The position numbers and the translations under genes were made by a program. Below, in pieces: positions 37,373 through 47,579 of a stretch of 64,000 bases of DNA (positions within the stretch are counted from its first letter, which is position 1; every line of letters begins with the position of its first letter). The notes below the pieces were generated by a model. The model saw nothing but the letters and a program-made list of their open reading frames with translations, had not been told where the DNA came from and made no database searches. Source of the DNA: Eubacterium sp. Lineage in GTDB: Bacteria > Bacillota > Clostridia > Lachnospirales > Lachnospiraceae. The stretch lies in NCBI GenBank assembly GCA_022794015.1, contig JAAWDZ010000025.1, forward strand, positions 1,249-65,248, written 5' to 3'.

Positions 37373-37861
37373 ATGAAGCAGAAAACAGCATATATGGGAA
37401 TGTTCCTGGCGCTGGCGCTGATTTTAAGCTACGTGGAAGCGCTGATCCCATTCCACTTTGGGATACCGGGCATAAAGCTTGGGCTTGCAAATCTGATTAC
37501 AGTCGTCATGCTGTACTGTGTTGGAACAAAAGAGGCCTTTCTTATTTCTGTACTGCGGATTGTACTGTCCGGTTTTTTGTTTGGGAATCCGTTCAGTATT
37601 TTTTACAGCTTAAGCGGTGGGATTTTAAGCTTTTTTGCGATGTTTCTTTTGAAGAAAACACAGAAGCTGCATGTGGTTTCTGTCAGTGTAACCGGTGGAA
37701 TTTTTCATAATATCGGCCAGCTGGCAGTGGCGGCTGCAGTGGTTTGGAATTATAATCTGTTTTACTATATGCCGGTACTTTTGATTGCCGGATTTCTGAC
37801 CGGGCTTTTGATTGGGATACTGGCGCAGGAGATGATTGTGCGGATGCAGGGGCAGATGTGA
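37373..37861 (+). CDS. Gx transporter family protein
   Basis: LSYVEALIP...PGIKLGLAN...HNIGQL. Confidence 0.88.
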   Translation: MKQKTAYMGMFLALALILSYVEALIPFHFGIPGIKLGLANLITVVMLYCVGTKEAFLISVLRIVLSGFLFGNPFSIFYSLSGGILSFFAMFLLKKTQKLHVVSVSVTGGIFHNIGQLAVAAAVVWNYNLFYYMPVLLIAGFLTGLLIGILAQEMIVRMQGQM

Positions 37862-37912
37862 ATACATAGAGTTCCGTCCACCTGCTATTTCTAAATGTTC
37901 CTTATGCAACTT

Positions 37913-38653
37913 CTAATGATGGCCATTTCCATGACCAGACCGGTGATGTCCCCTGCCTCTTTCTCCATGGCTGTGTTCTCCAGTCTGTGTGCAGCCCGAT
38001 ACCCCGCAAGAGTTATGGGTATGGCTTCCCATATCTGTACAGCCTGACACGCCGCAGGAATTGTGTGTATGGCTCTCCACCTCTGTACAGCCTGACACGC
38101 CGCAGGAATTGTGTGTATGGCTCTCCACTTCTGTACAGCCTGGCACGCCGCAGGAATTGTGTGTATGGCTCTCCACCTCTGTACAGCCTGGCACGCCGCA
38201 GGAATTGTGTGTATGGCTCTCCATCTCTGTACAGCCTGGCACGCAGCAGTTATGGTATGCATGCCCATCATCTGCACTGTGGGCATAACAGTATTTCCCG
38301 TTGTGCATATGTGCTTCTGTTTCCGTACACCCTGCTATATCGCATATGCCGTGGCTGTGTTCTCCAATCTGCGTACAGCCGTCAATTCCGCAAAGACCGT
38401 GCTGGTGTTCATCCGTTTGTGTGCAGCCCGATACCCCGCAGGAAAACGTCACTTTGTCTGCCTGGATCGCTCCCTGAACCTCTGCCCGCGTCAGCTTCAT
38501 ATTCTCTGCCTGTACTGTGTCCGCAGTTTCTATCTGTGCCGCACCCCTGACTTCCACGGAACCTTTATTCATTTCATAAATGGAAACCATACCGCCTGTT
38601 GCCATGGCAATCGACACAAATGCAATAGCCAGGATAATTTTTTTCTTTCCCAT
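37913..38653 (-). CDS. Exported or membrane-anchored Cys/His-rich tandem-repeat protein
   Basis: RBS GAGGAGG; MGKKKIILAIAFV signal/anchor; nine C-x4-C-x5-H-x-H units and a His-rich tail; promoter TTGAGT-N17-TATAAT at 38724-38696. Confidence 0.8.
   Translation of the reverse strand: MGKKKIILAIAFVSIAMATGGMVSIYEMNKGSVEVRGAAQIETADTVQAENMKLTRAEVQGAIQADKVTFSCGVSGCTQTDEHQHGLCGIDGCTQIGEHSHGICDIAGCTETEAHMHNGKYCYAHSADDGHAYHNCCVPGCTEMESHTHNSCGVPGCTEVESHTHNSCGVPGCTEVESHTHNSCGVSGCTEVESHTHNSCGVSGCTDMGSHTHNSCGVSGCTQTGEHSHGERGRGHHRSGHGNGHH
37985..38250 (-). repeat. 48-bp coding tandem repeat (~5.5 copies)
   Basis: TCTGTACAGCCTG(A/G)CACGC recurs at 38034, 38082, 38130, 38178 and 38226. Confidence 0.92.
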
Positions 38654-39035
38654 CCGCAACCTCCTCATTTCTATACGATTTTAATAGATAAGGGTATTAT
38701 AACATGGAAACTTCCTTAACTCAATAAATTTTTTGCATTCTCCCCTGTCCTCATGAACCCTGAAAATCAATGTCCGGTTTCTGCTTACTCCCCGGCTCAT
38801 CATCCGTTTCATATATGGTAGTAAAATCTATGTAATATAACATTATACATATTTCGTATTTCCCTGATCAAACTGCCATCCTTTATGCCGGCGCGATACT
38901 CCCATTTTCCATTTCATACACCTCATCACAAAGGATTCTGATATCCATAAACCACACAGGCATCATCTTCCTGTGTCCATACATCTTTTCTTTTTCCATT
39001 ATTTTCAAATAGATTGCCCGTATCCTGCACCAGAG

Positions 39036-39641
39036 TCATTCCTCTGTTTCTGTCGTCCGTCCTTTCATCTCCACAGGGTTTTTGCCTGCTTTTAAATAAG
39101 TATCAATATCCTTCCGCAATTGTGAACGTTTTCCAGTTCCAGCAAAAAGTTTTTTTAAAGGCTCAATCACGAAAAGCCCGCCATTTTCCCTTTCATAGGA
39201 AAGCCTGATATGAAAATAATTGATTTGTTCTATTACTGCCATAAAATACAGTAAAATTCCAATAATTATTCCAGATAAATCTTCTTTTTTAAGAACTGCA
39301 ATAATAATGACTGGCAGATAGGCTGCTAATAAAATTACATTTATCCATCTTAATTTACTGTAAATCCTGCCAATTTGAAAATTATTTAACGCCGTTTTTC
39401 TTCTTACCATTCTCAACTTATTACGCCAATAGAAGCTGCCCTCTGTTACTATGACAGAAAATATCAGCAATGGATAAAACGAAATCCAATTTAACTGAAA
39501 CGCGTTTTTTCCAAGATCCATATCGACAATATACTTTACTGCGAAATACATTCCTGCAAACATTAACACGCCGTATAGTTCATAGTCAGCTAAGAATTTC
39601 AGTTCTTTTTCAATTGGTCTTTTCTTTAATTGTTTTGTCAT
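39036..39641 (-). CDS. Hypothetical multi-pass membrane protein (AT-rich)
   Basis: RBS GGGAGG; about four hydrophobic segments; motifs EGSFYW and EQINYFHIRL. Confidence 0.7.
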   Translation of the reverse strand: MTKQLKKRPIEKELKFLADYELYGVLMFAGMYFAVKYIVDMDLGKNAFQLNWISFYPLLIFSVIVTEGSFYWRNKLRMVRRKTALNNFQIGRIYSKLRWINVILLAAYLPVIIIAVLKKEDLSGIIIGILLYFMAVIEQINYFHIRLSYERENGGLFVIEPLKKLFAGTGKRSQLRKDIDTYLKAGKNPVEMKGRTTETEE

Positions 39642-39874
39642 GTAGTTTTGCCTCCCTTGCAAGTTATAATTTAATCTGTTAGCAGAATACCACAATCGCA
39701 CTTATATTTCTATCCATTTCCATTAAATTTTTCCTTCCTCCGCTTCGTCTGATTCTGTTTCCTGTTCCGCTGTTGGTTACGCTGCAATATCCATATTCGA
39801 ATTGAACGCTTGTCGGACTTATGGATTTATGGTAGAATTGGAAAGATATTGAATGAAATAGAAGAGGAGTTTTT

Positions 39875-40486
39875 ATGTACGCATACATCAAAGGCACACT
39901 GGAAGAAATACAGCAGGGGAAAATCGTCATAGACAATAATGGCATCGGTTATAACATTTTAGTCCCCGCCCGTGTTACGTCATCCCTTCCCGCAGCCGGG
40001 AAGCAGGTGAAGGTCTATACTTATCTGCACGTCAAAGAAGACGTTTTTGCACTGTTTGGCTTTCTGGCAAAGGACGATTTGACGGTTTTTCGCCTGCTTT
40101 TGGGTGTAAACGGCGTAGGCCCAAAAGGGGCGCTGGCGGTTTTGTCTGCCATGACGACGGATGAGCTGCGGTTTGCAGTGCTGGCGGGAGATTCCAAAGC
40201 GATTGCAAAATCCCCCGGTATCGGTGCAAAGATGGCGCAGCGGATTATTTTAGAGTTACAGGATAAGCTGAACCTGACGGATGTTTTGGGTGAAAAAGAG
40301 GATATCGGCGTGCCTTTGCCAGAGACGGGAAATAAAACGGCCAGGGATGAAGCGGTGCAGGCTTTGGTTGCCCTTGGGTACTCTTCTTCCGAAGCGCTTT
40401 CGGTGGTTTCTAAAGTAGAGATAACAGCGGATACGGATGTAGAAGCCATTTTGAAGGCAGCGTTAAAGCAAATGGCATTTATGTAG
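39875..40486 (+). CDS. ruvA: Holliday junction branch migration protein RuvA
   Basis: YTYLHVKED, GVGPKGAL, PGIGAKMAQRIILEL; promoter TTGTCG-N17-TAGAAT at 39810-39838. Confidence 0.97.
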   Translation: MYAYIKGTLEEIQQGKIVIDNNGIGYNILVPARVTSSLPAAGKQVKVYTYLHVKEDVFALFGFLAKDDLTVFRLLLGVNGVGPKGALAVLSAMTTDELRFAVLAGDSKAIAKSPGIGAKMAQRIILELQDKLNLTDVLGEKEDIGVPLPETGNKTARDEAVQALVALGYSSSEALSVVSKVEITADTDVEAILKAALKQMAFM

Positions 40487-40539
40487 TCTGCGATCTGTGA
40501 AACGGACGTTGGCAGTTACTTTTTATAAAGGAGCATGGG

Positions 40540-41532
40540 ATGGAAAAGCGAGTCATATCAACCCAGGTACAGGAAGAGGATATTAAAATTGAAACGAATT
40601 TAAGGCCGCAGTCCTTAGATGATTATATTGGACAGCAGAAGGCTAAGGAGAATTTAAAGGTTTATATACAGGCTGCCAGGCTGAGGGAAGAAGCGCTCGA
40701 TCATGTACTTTTTTACGGTCCGCCGGGGCTTGGGAAGACCACCTTGGCCGGGATTATTGCCAATGAGATGGGTACGCATATGAAGATTACCAGCGGGCCT
40801 GCGATTGGGAAGCCTGGGGAAATGGCGGCGATTTTAAGCAACCTGCAGGAAGGGGATCTGCTCTTTGTAGATGAGATACACCGTTTGAACCGGCAGGTGG
40901 AAGAAGTGCTTTATCCGGCGATGGAGGATTATGTCATTGATATTATGATTGGAAAAGGAGCGACGGCGCGTTCGATTCGATTGGATTTGCCGAAGTTTAC
41001 GCTGGTCGGGGCGACGACGAGGGCCGGGCTTTTGTCTGCGCCGCTCAGAGATCGATTTGGCGTGGTGCATCATCTGGAGTTTTATACGGTAGAAGAGCTG
41101 AAAGTGATTATCTTACATTCTGCAAAAAAACTTGCCGTTGCGATCGACGAGGAAGGGGCGCATGAGCTTGCAAAACGCAGCCGTGGGACGCCAAGGCTTG
41201 CGAACCGTCTGTTAAAGCGTGTAAGGGATTTTGCCCAGGTAAAATACGACGGACATATTACAGAGGAAGTGGCGTCTTTTGCGCTGGATTTACTGGAAGT
41301 AGATGCGTATGGCTTAGATCAGAATGACAGGAATATTCTGCTGACGATTATGCAGAAGTTTGCCGGAGGACCGGTAGGGCTGGATACGCTTGCGGCGGCA
41401 ATCGGAGAGGATTCCGGTACGATAGAGGATGTGTATGAGCCGTATCTGGTGAAAAACGGTTTTATTAACCGGACGCCAAAGGGCAGGGTGGCAACAGATT
41501 TGGCTTTTGCCCATTTCGGGCTTGCAAGATAG
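40540..41532 (+). CDS. ruvB: Holliday junction helicase RuvB
   Basis: [23 protein letters not shown]. Confidence 0.98.
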   Translation: MEKRVISTQVQEEDIKIETNLRPQSLDDYIGQQKAKENLKVYIQAARLREEALDHVLFYGPPGLGKTTLAGIIANEMGTHMKITSGPAIGKPGEMAAILSNLQEGDLLFVDEIHRLNRQVEEVLYPAMEDYVIDIMIGKGATARSIRLDLPKFTLVGATTRAGLLSAPLRDRFGVVHHLEFYTVEELKVIILHSAKKLAVAIDEEGAHELAKRSRGTPRLANRLLKRVRDFAQVKYDGHITEEVASFALDLLEVDAYGLDQNDRNILLTIMQKFAGGPVGLDTLAAAIGEDSGTIEDVYEPYLVKNGFINRTPKGRVATDLAFAHFGLAR

Positions 41533-41592
41533 ACAAAATGCCGTTATAATAGACAGAACAGGCGAAACAGCCATTGCATGGGAGGAAAACGT

Positions 41593-42060
41593 ATGTCATC
41601 GAAGTCCGACACCGAAGTACTGATAGGCGGTAAGGTGTATACGCTGAGCGGATACGAAGGAGAAGAATATTTACAGCGCGTAGCAGTGTATATCAACAAT
41701 AAGATAAATGAGTTTAACCAAATGGAAGAGGTTCGCCGTTTTCCGGTGGATATGAAGGCGACATTGGTGGAACTGAATATTGCAGATGATTTCTTTAAAG
41801 CAAAAGAACGTATTGAGAAATTAGAACAGGATCTTGAAATAAAAGAGAAAGAGATTTATGATTTAAAACACGAATTGATTTCCGAACAGATTAAAGCGGA
41901 GACAAATGAAAAGGCGGCAAAGGAGCTGGAGGAGAAGAACAAAGAGCTTCGTCTTGAGAACGCGAGGCTGGAATCTGATATTGAGGATTTGCTGTCAGAC
42001 GACGGTTCTGATAAAGAGGCTTTGCAAACGGCAGAAGCTTCCATTACAGGCGATAAGTAA
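41593..42060 (+). CDS. zapA: Cell division protein ZapA family
   Basis: VLIGGKVYTLSG...YLQRVAVYIN...LNIADD followed by a coiled coil. Confidence 0.85.
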   Translation: MSSKSDTEVLIGGKVYTLSGYEGEEYLQRVAVYINNKINEFNQMEEVRRFPVDMKATLVELNIADDFFKAKERIEKLEQDLEIKEKEIYDLKHELISEQIKAETNEKAAKELEEKNKELRLENARLESDIEDLLSDDGSDKEALQTAEASITGDK

Positions 42061-42083
42061 CAATTCAGATATAAGAGAATAAC

Positions 42084-42111
42084 AGGGGGGACGACAGCTC
42101 GTCCTCCTTTT
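42084..42111 (+). terminator. Terminator after zapA
   Basis: GGGGGACGA-CAGC-TCGTCCTCC-TTTT. Confidence 0.65.
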
Positions 42112-42132
42112 CGATTATTTTGTGGAGGGATT

Positions 42133-44334
42133 ATGACGCAGCAATTAGAGCTTTTAGCCCCGGCAGGTACGCCGCAGATTTTAAAATCAGTCATTCTGGC
42201 AGGGGCGGATGCCGCTTATATCGGCGGAAACAGGTTTGGCGCAAGGGCGTATGCAAAGAATTTTAATGACGAAGAGCTGTTATGGGCGATTGATTTTGCA
42301 CATTTACATGGAAAAAAGGTGTATCTGACCGTCAACACTCTGCTGAAAGAACGGGAACTGGAAGAACAACTGTATGAATTTCTTCTGCCCTGCTATGAGC
42401 AGGGATTGGATGCGGTGATTGTGCAGGATTTTGGTGTGATGCAGTTTGTCCGCAGGAATTTTAAAGGACTTGCAATTCATGCGAGCACGCAGATGACGGT
42501 TTTGGGAACAGAAGGCGTTCGGTTTCTGGAAAAAGAAGGGGCGTCAAGGATTGTGCTGGGCAGGGAACTGTCTTTGGAGGAGATTGCCGCAATTCATCAG
42601 GCAGTCCCGGTGGAGCTGGAGGTTTTTGTGCATGGCGCCCTTTGTTACTGCTATTCCGGACAGTGTCTGTTCAGCAGTTTGATAGGGGGCAGAAGCGGCA
42701 ACCGCGGACGTTGTGCGCAGCCCTGCCGCCTTCCGTACCAGGTCAGAGAAAAAGGAGCGCAGCTGGGGCAAAGGCAGCAGGCTTATCCGTTAAGCCCCAG
42801 GGATCTCTGTGCTGTTTCGCTTCTGCCGCAGCTGGCTAAAAGAGGCGTCTTTTCATTTAAAATCGAAGGCCGGATGAAGCAGGCAGAATATGCGGCAGGC
42901 GTAGTATCGGTTTACCGGAAATATCTGGACAGATATCTGGCATCCGGCAGAGAAGGTGATACAGTTTCCAAAGAAGATAAAAAAAAGCTTTTAAATTTTG
43001 GAAACCGCAGCGGTTTTACGGAAGGCTATTTCGGACAGTGGAATGGACCGGATATGATTACGTTTGACAAACCGGGCCATGAAAAAGGAGAGTCTGCGGA
43101 CAGGAAAGAAGTGGATGCAGCGGCAAAAGCCAGGGAAAAGCTTTTGGTTCGGGGCATACTGTCGGTGAAGCGGGAAAAGCCGGTAGAATTGACACTGGAG
43201 TATCAGGACTGCAGGGTGACTGTGACAGGAGAAACGGCGGTACCGGCGGCAAAGCGTTCTGTGACGGATGCAGAGCTTATGTCTAAGCTGAATAAGACAG
43301 GAAATACACCGTTTGCATTTGACACGCTTGAGATAGAATTAGAAGATGGGCTCTTTTTGCCGATGGGGGCGGTGAATGAGCTGAGACGGCAGGCGTTCGG
43401 AAGGCTGCAGGAACAATTTTTAAGCGGTTACAGGAGAAAGGCAGGCAGTCCGCCGGAAGTCCGTTATGATGGGAATTTGAAGAAATACAAGGACAAAACA
43501 GTTCGGGTGACCGCCTCTGCCGAAACAAAAGAGCAGATTTCTGTTTTGCTGGAAACGCCGCTGGTTTCAGAAATTTATGTTGACAGCAGCGTATTTTCAA
43601 GAAATGATATGTTATCCGGCATGCAGGAAGTTTATCAGAAGGCAAAAAAGTCAGAAAAACAAATTTATTATATTCTGCCTTTTGTGTTCCGCAATCACAC
43701 AGCCGTATTTTATGCATCCATTTTACAAAAACTAAATCTGGCTGCAGACGGATTTCTGGCAAAAAGCTATGACGCTCTGGGGTTTCTGCTGGAACATGGG
43801 ATACAGGCGCATCAGATACGAATTGATTTTAACTTAAATACCTGGTCTGCAGAAAGCAAACGGGCTTTTTACTCTCTGGGAATTGCAGGCGATACCGTGC
43901 CGTTGGAGTTAAACCGGAAAGAGATTCGGGCGCGTGTGAATCTGGGCAGTGAAATGTTGATTTACGGATATCTTCCTCTGATGATAAGCGCACAGTGCAT
44001 CCGGCGCAATACCGCAGCTTGTACCCATATACCTGGAATGCAGGAATTATGCGATCGTTATGGGGTTATATTTCCGGTAAAAAATCACTGTAATGAATGT
44101 TACAATGTGATTTACAATTCCAGGCCGCTTTGTCTGTTTCCATTCGTCGGCGAGCTCAAAGGGGTTGGTATCCGGCGCGTCCGGCTGTCTTTTACCGTGG
44201 AATCAGGAGCGCAGGCTAAGCAGATTCTGGCGCTTTTAGGACATGCTTTGGATACGGGCACAGGGGTGGAAGAGATACGGGAAGGGCTGTCCAAAGAATT
44301 TACATACGGCCATTACAAAAGGGGCGTAGAATAG
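42133..44334 (+). CDS. Peptidase U32 family protein with DUF3656 (RlhA-like)
   Basis: ELLAPAG, EVFVHGALCYCYSGQC, NRGRCAQPCR, KIEGR; ends YGHYKRGVE. Confidence 0.92.
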   Translation: MTQQLELLAPAGTPQILKSVILAGADAAYIGGNRFGARAYAKNFNDEELLWAIDFAHLHGKKVYLTVNTLLKERELEEQLYEFLLPCYEQGLDAVIVQDFGVMQFVRRNFKGLAIHASTQMTVLGTEGVRFLEKEGASRIVLGRELSLEEIAAIHQAVPVELEVFVHGALCYCYSGQCLFSSLIGGRSGNRGRCAQPCRLPYQVREKGAQLGQRQQAYPLSPRDLCAVSLLPQLAKRGVFSFKIEGRMKQAEYAAGVVSVYRKYLDRYLASGREGDTVSKEDKKKLLNFGNRSGFTEGYFGQWNGPDMITFDKPGHEKGESADRKEVDAAAKAREKLLVRGILSVKREKPVELTLEYQDCRVTVTGETAVPAAKRSVTDAELMSKLNKTGNTPFAFDTLEIELEDGLFLPMGAVNELRRQAFGRLQEQFLSGYRRKAGSPPEVRYDGNLKKYKDKTVRVTASAETKEQISVLLETPLVSEIYVDSSVFSRNDMLSGMQEVYQKAKKSEKQIYYILPFVFRNHTAVFYASILQKLNLAADGFLAKSYDALGFLLEHGIQAHQIRIDFNLNTWSAESKRAFYSLGIAGDTVPLELNRKEIRARVNLGSEMLIYGYLPLMISAQCIRRNTAACTHIPGMQELCDRYGVIFPVKNHCNECYNVIYNSRPLCLFPFVGELKGVGIRRVRLSFTVESGAQAKQILALLGHALDTGTGVEEIREGLSKEFTYGHYKRGVE

Positions 44335-44342
44335 AGGAATAT

Positions 44343-45653
44343 ATGAGCAGTATTTTTTGTGAAGTATCCAAATATCTGATGATTGTGCTGTTTGCACTGT
44401 ATACCTGGAGTTGTTTTTATGTGCTTCGGAAAAAAACGAAGGAAGAGCAAAGGCGCATGTTCCGCCGTCAGAAGCGGTGGATGTTTTTGCTGCACTTAAA
44501 CGGATATCTGGTTTTGCTTGTCCGTACCGGGAACTACAAAATCATGCTGTTTTATGCGGCACAGGTCGTATTTTTCCTGATTATCATGAGCAGCTACCGT
44601 CTGATTTACGAGCAGTCGGCGCAGCTGCTGGTCAACAATATGTGTATGCTGATAGCGATTGGTTTTCTGATTTTAAGCAGGCTTTCCTATGAAAAAGCGA
44701 TCCGGCAGTTTACAATTGCGGCAGGCTCTATGATTTTTGCACTGGGTATTCCATATCTGATTAAAAAAATCCGTTTTATTCGAAAATTAACCTGGCTGTA
44801 TGCGCTGTTTGGCCTGGGAGCGCTGCTTACCGTCGCTGTACTCGGACAGACCAGCTACGGTGCAAAGATTTCTTTTACTGTTGCAGGGATTTCCATACAG
44901 CCGTCAGAATTTGTTAAGATTATATTTGTATTTTTTGTGGCCGGAATGCTGCATACATCTGTGGAATTTGGGCGGATCGCCGTTACGACAGCTGTCGCTG
45001 CGGCACATGTTATCATTTTGGTCTGCTCCAGAGATCTGGGCGGCGCATTGATTTTCTTTGTCGTTTATCTTGCCATGCTGTATGTGGCAACCGGAAGGCC
45101 GCTTTACTTTCTGGGCGGGCTTGCGGCAGGTTCACTTGCGGCAGTGATAGCTTACCGGCTGTTTTCCCATGTCCGCACCAGGGTTGTGGCATGGCAGGAT
45201 CCTTTAAGCGTCATTGATAAGGAAGGCTACCAGATTTGCCAGTCTCTGTTTGCAATTGGAACGGGCGGCTGGTTTGGCGTAGGTCTGACAAAAGGGATGC
45301 CGGAAAAGATTCCGGTCGTGGAACAGGACTTTGTATTTTCTGCGATTTCCGAAGAAATGGGCGGTATTTTTGCGATATGTCTGATTATGGTCTGCATGAG
45401 CTGTTTTCTGATGCTTTTGAATATTGCCATGCAGTTAAAAGACGGATTTTATAAGCTGGTGGCGCTGGGGCTGGGGACAATGTACGGTTTTCAGGTATTT
45501 TTAACCATTGGCGGCGTGATTAAATTTATCCCCTCTACCGGTGTCACGCTGCCGTTTGTAAGCTATGGCGGAAGTTCCCTGTTTAGTACGATTATTATAT
45601 TTGCTGTCATACAGGGATTTTATATTCTGCGTGAAACGAAAAAACCCCTGTAG
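44343..45653 (+). CDS. FtsW/RodA/SpoVE family SEDS protein
   Basis: QPSEFVK, DLGGA, IPSTGVTLPFVSYGGSS. Confidence 0.93.
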   Translation: MSSIFCEVSKYLMIVLFALYTWSCFYVLRKKTKEEQRRMFRRQKRWMFLLHLNGYLVLLVRTGNYKIMLFYAAQVVFFLIIMSSYRLIYEQSAQLLVNNMCMLIAIGFLILSRLSYEKAIRQFTIAAGSMIFALGIPYLIKKIRFIRKLTWLYALFGLGALLTVAVLGQTSYGAKISFTVAGISIQPSEFVKIIFVFFVAGMLHTSVEFGRIAVTTAVAAAHVIILVCSRDLGGALIFFVVYLAMLYVATGRPLYFLGGLAAGSLAAVIAYRLFSHVRTRVVAWQDPLSVIDKEGYQICQSLFAIGTGGWFGVGLTKGMPEKIPVVEQDFVFSAISEEMGGIFAICLIMVCMSCFLMLLNIAMQLKDGFYKLVALGLGTMYGFQVFLTIGGVIKFIPSTGVTLPFVSYGGSSLFSTIIIFAVIQGFYILRETKKPL

Positions 45654-45715
45654 TGGAAGGTTTTAAAGGAAAGGTAACAGAAAAGCCGCTACAAAGAAAG
45701 CGAAAGGAAAGCGGG

Positions 45716-47164
45716 ATGGACAGAAAAGAAAAATCGAAAGCAAATACAGATAACCGGGAATTTGCAGTGATTGCTTACTGCTTTATCGGATTGTTTTTGT
45801 GTATTATGGGATACTTTGCGTATTTTGAAATTGTGAAAAGTGAAGATTTTATCAATAACAGCTATAATACGCGCCAGGAAGCTTTTGCTGAAACGGTTGT
45901 ACGCGGGAAAATCCTGTCCGCAGACAAAGAAGTGCTGGCCGAAACGCAGACAGACGCAGAGGGAAATGAAACGCGCGTATATCCCTATGGAAATCTGTTT
46001 TCGCATATTGTAGGATATTTCACCCAAGATCATGGCAGAGCCGGCATAGAAGCCTGGGCGAACTTTAATCTGCTGCGGTCCAATGTATTTTTTCTGGAAA
46101 AAGCATTAGACAGGCTGTCCGGCCGAAAAAGCGTGGGAGATAATGTTGTGACTACGCTAGATTGTTCCCTGCAGCGCGCAGCTTATGAAGCGCTTGGCAG
46201 TTATAACGGGGCGATTGCAGTAATGGAGCCTGCGACAGGGAAGATTCTGGCCATGGTATCCAAACCGGACTTTAATCCGAATACCATTTCGCAGGACTGG
46301 GAATGGATTGTCACAGATGAGAATACGGAGTCTGTTTTATTAAACCGCGCTTCCCAGGGGCTTTATCCGCCTGGATCCACGTTTAAAATTGTGACGGCGC
46401 TGGAATTTCTGCGGGAAAATCCGGGCAGCTACCAGAATTATGTTTACGACTGTGTCGGCTCAATGCAAAAGGAAGACAGCAGGCTGAGCTGTTTTGCGGG
46501 AGAAGTGCACGGGAGTGTGGATTTGGAGCGTTCCTTTGTAAAATCCTGCAATACCTCTTTTGCGAATATCGGGCTTTCCCTGGATGCAGAACATTTTGCA
46601 GATACCTGTGAAAGTCTGCTGTTTAACAGCGCTCTTCCGGTGGAGAAGCTGGAAACGACAAAGAGCAGTTTTGTGTTAAATTCCGGTTCAGCGGAAAGCG
46701 AAGTGATGGAAACGGCGATCGGGCAGGGAAGGACGCTTGTGACGCCGCTTCATATGCTTTTGATTGCATCGGCGGTTGCAAACGACGGCGTACTGATGAA
46801 GCCTTACGTAGTAGATTTTACGCAGACTTATGAAGGCGGAATTGTAAAGACCTACGACCCTTCTGTTTATGGGGAACTGCTCAGCGAAAAAGAGGCGGGG
46901 ATCTTGCAGGGGTATATGAAAGCAGTGGTGGAAGACGGGACAGGCAGCAGGCTAAAGGGAATGAATTACCAGGCTTATGGAAAGACCGGATCGGCGGAGT
47001 ATGGGACGACGAAAGGGGACAGCCATGCGTGGTTTGTCGGGTATGCCCACAGGGATGGAAAAGAGGATATTGCAGTTGCGGTAATTGTGGAAGAGGCGGG
47101 AGTCGGGAGCACGTATGCGGTTCCGGCGGCGAAGCAGATTTTTGATTTGTATTTTGGGGAGTGA
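45716..47164 (+). CDS. Class B penicillin-binding protein (PbpA-like)
   Basis: PGSTFK (SxxK), SCN, KTG; cognate partner of the upstream SEDS gene. Confidence 0.93.
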   Translation: MDRKEKSKANTDNREFAVIAYCFIGLFLCIMGYFAYFEIVKSEDFINNSYNTRQEAFAETVVRGKILSADKEVLAETQTDAEGNETRVYPYGNLFSHIVGYFTQDHGRAGIEAWANFNLLRSNVFFLEKALDRLSGRKSVGDNVVTTLDCSLQRAAYEALGSYNGAIAVMEPATGKILAMVSKPDFNPNTISQDWEWIVTDENTESVLLNRASQGLYPPGSTFKIVTALEFLRENPGSYQNYVYDCVGSMQKEDSRLSCFAGEVHGSVDLERSFVKSCNTSFANIGLSLDAEHFADTCESLLFNSALPVEKLETTKSSFVLNSGSAESEVMETAIGQGRTLVTPLHMLLIASAVANDGVLMKPYVVDFTQTYEGGIVKTYDPSVYGELLSEKEAGILQGYMKAVVEDGTGSRLKGMNYQAYGKTGSAEYGTTKGDSHAWFVGYAHRDGKEDIAVAVIVEEAGVGSTYAVPAAKQIFDLYFGE

Positions 47165-47337
47165 GAGGGAGGACGAAATAAAAAAGAAATTGATTCTAAT
47201 TACAGTTTATTTGATAGAAAATAATTGCAGAAGAAGGGGCCGTTGGATATAATATATATGAAAGATTTTGAAAGTTCGTAGATTGCTAAATGGAAAAAAT
47301 TTCAATATGATTGAGAAAAAATTTGGAGGTGAAATAA

Positions 47338-47451
47338 ATGACTTTGCGGCAGGAAGCATATGCTGTGCTCGATTCTTTACCAGATGATGACAGTGTCAAG
47401 TTTTTTATAGATATGATTAGGCGATATAATGTGGTCAGTACACTAATATAA
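47338..47451 (+). pseudogene. Truncated small antitoxin-like ORF
   Basis: RBS GGAGGT; MTLRQEAYAVLDSLPDDDSVKFFIDMIRR...* (37 aa). Resemblance to small TA antitoxins is from recall only. Confidence 0.35.
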
Positions 47452-47579
47452 TTTTGTACAACACAATGAGATAAGTGGTTTAGATAATATTTATTTGGAA
47501 TAAAAGATTTATATGAAGAAACTATCACAAAAGCAACTGAGTATATTGAATGATGTGAATCAAACAACTTTGAAATTCT

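Noticed and set aside
37985-38250. Regular 48-bp repeats as a CRISPR array
   Set aside because: The units are contiguous with no unique spacers, are a multiple of 3 and lie in a coding frame; no cas genes are present.
38730-39030. Additional gene between the His/Cys protein and the membrane protein
   Set aside because: Only short broken frames with no assignable family; probably decayed sequence.
39804-39815. LexA box at the ruvA promoter (GAACGCTTGTCG); also AAAAATCTGTTC before DUF896
   Set aside because: Each has two mismatches to GAAC-N4-GTTC, too weak to call without a genome-wide model.
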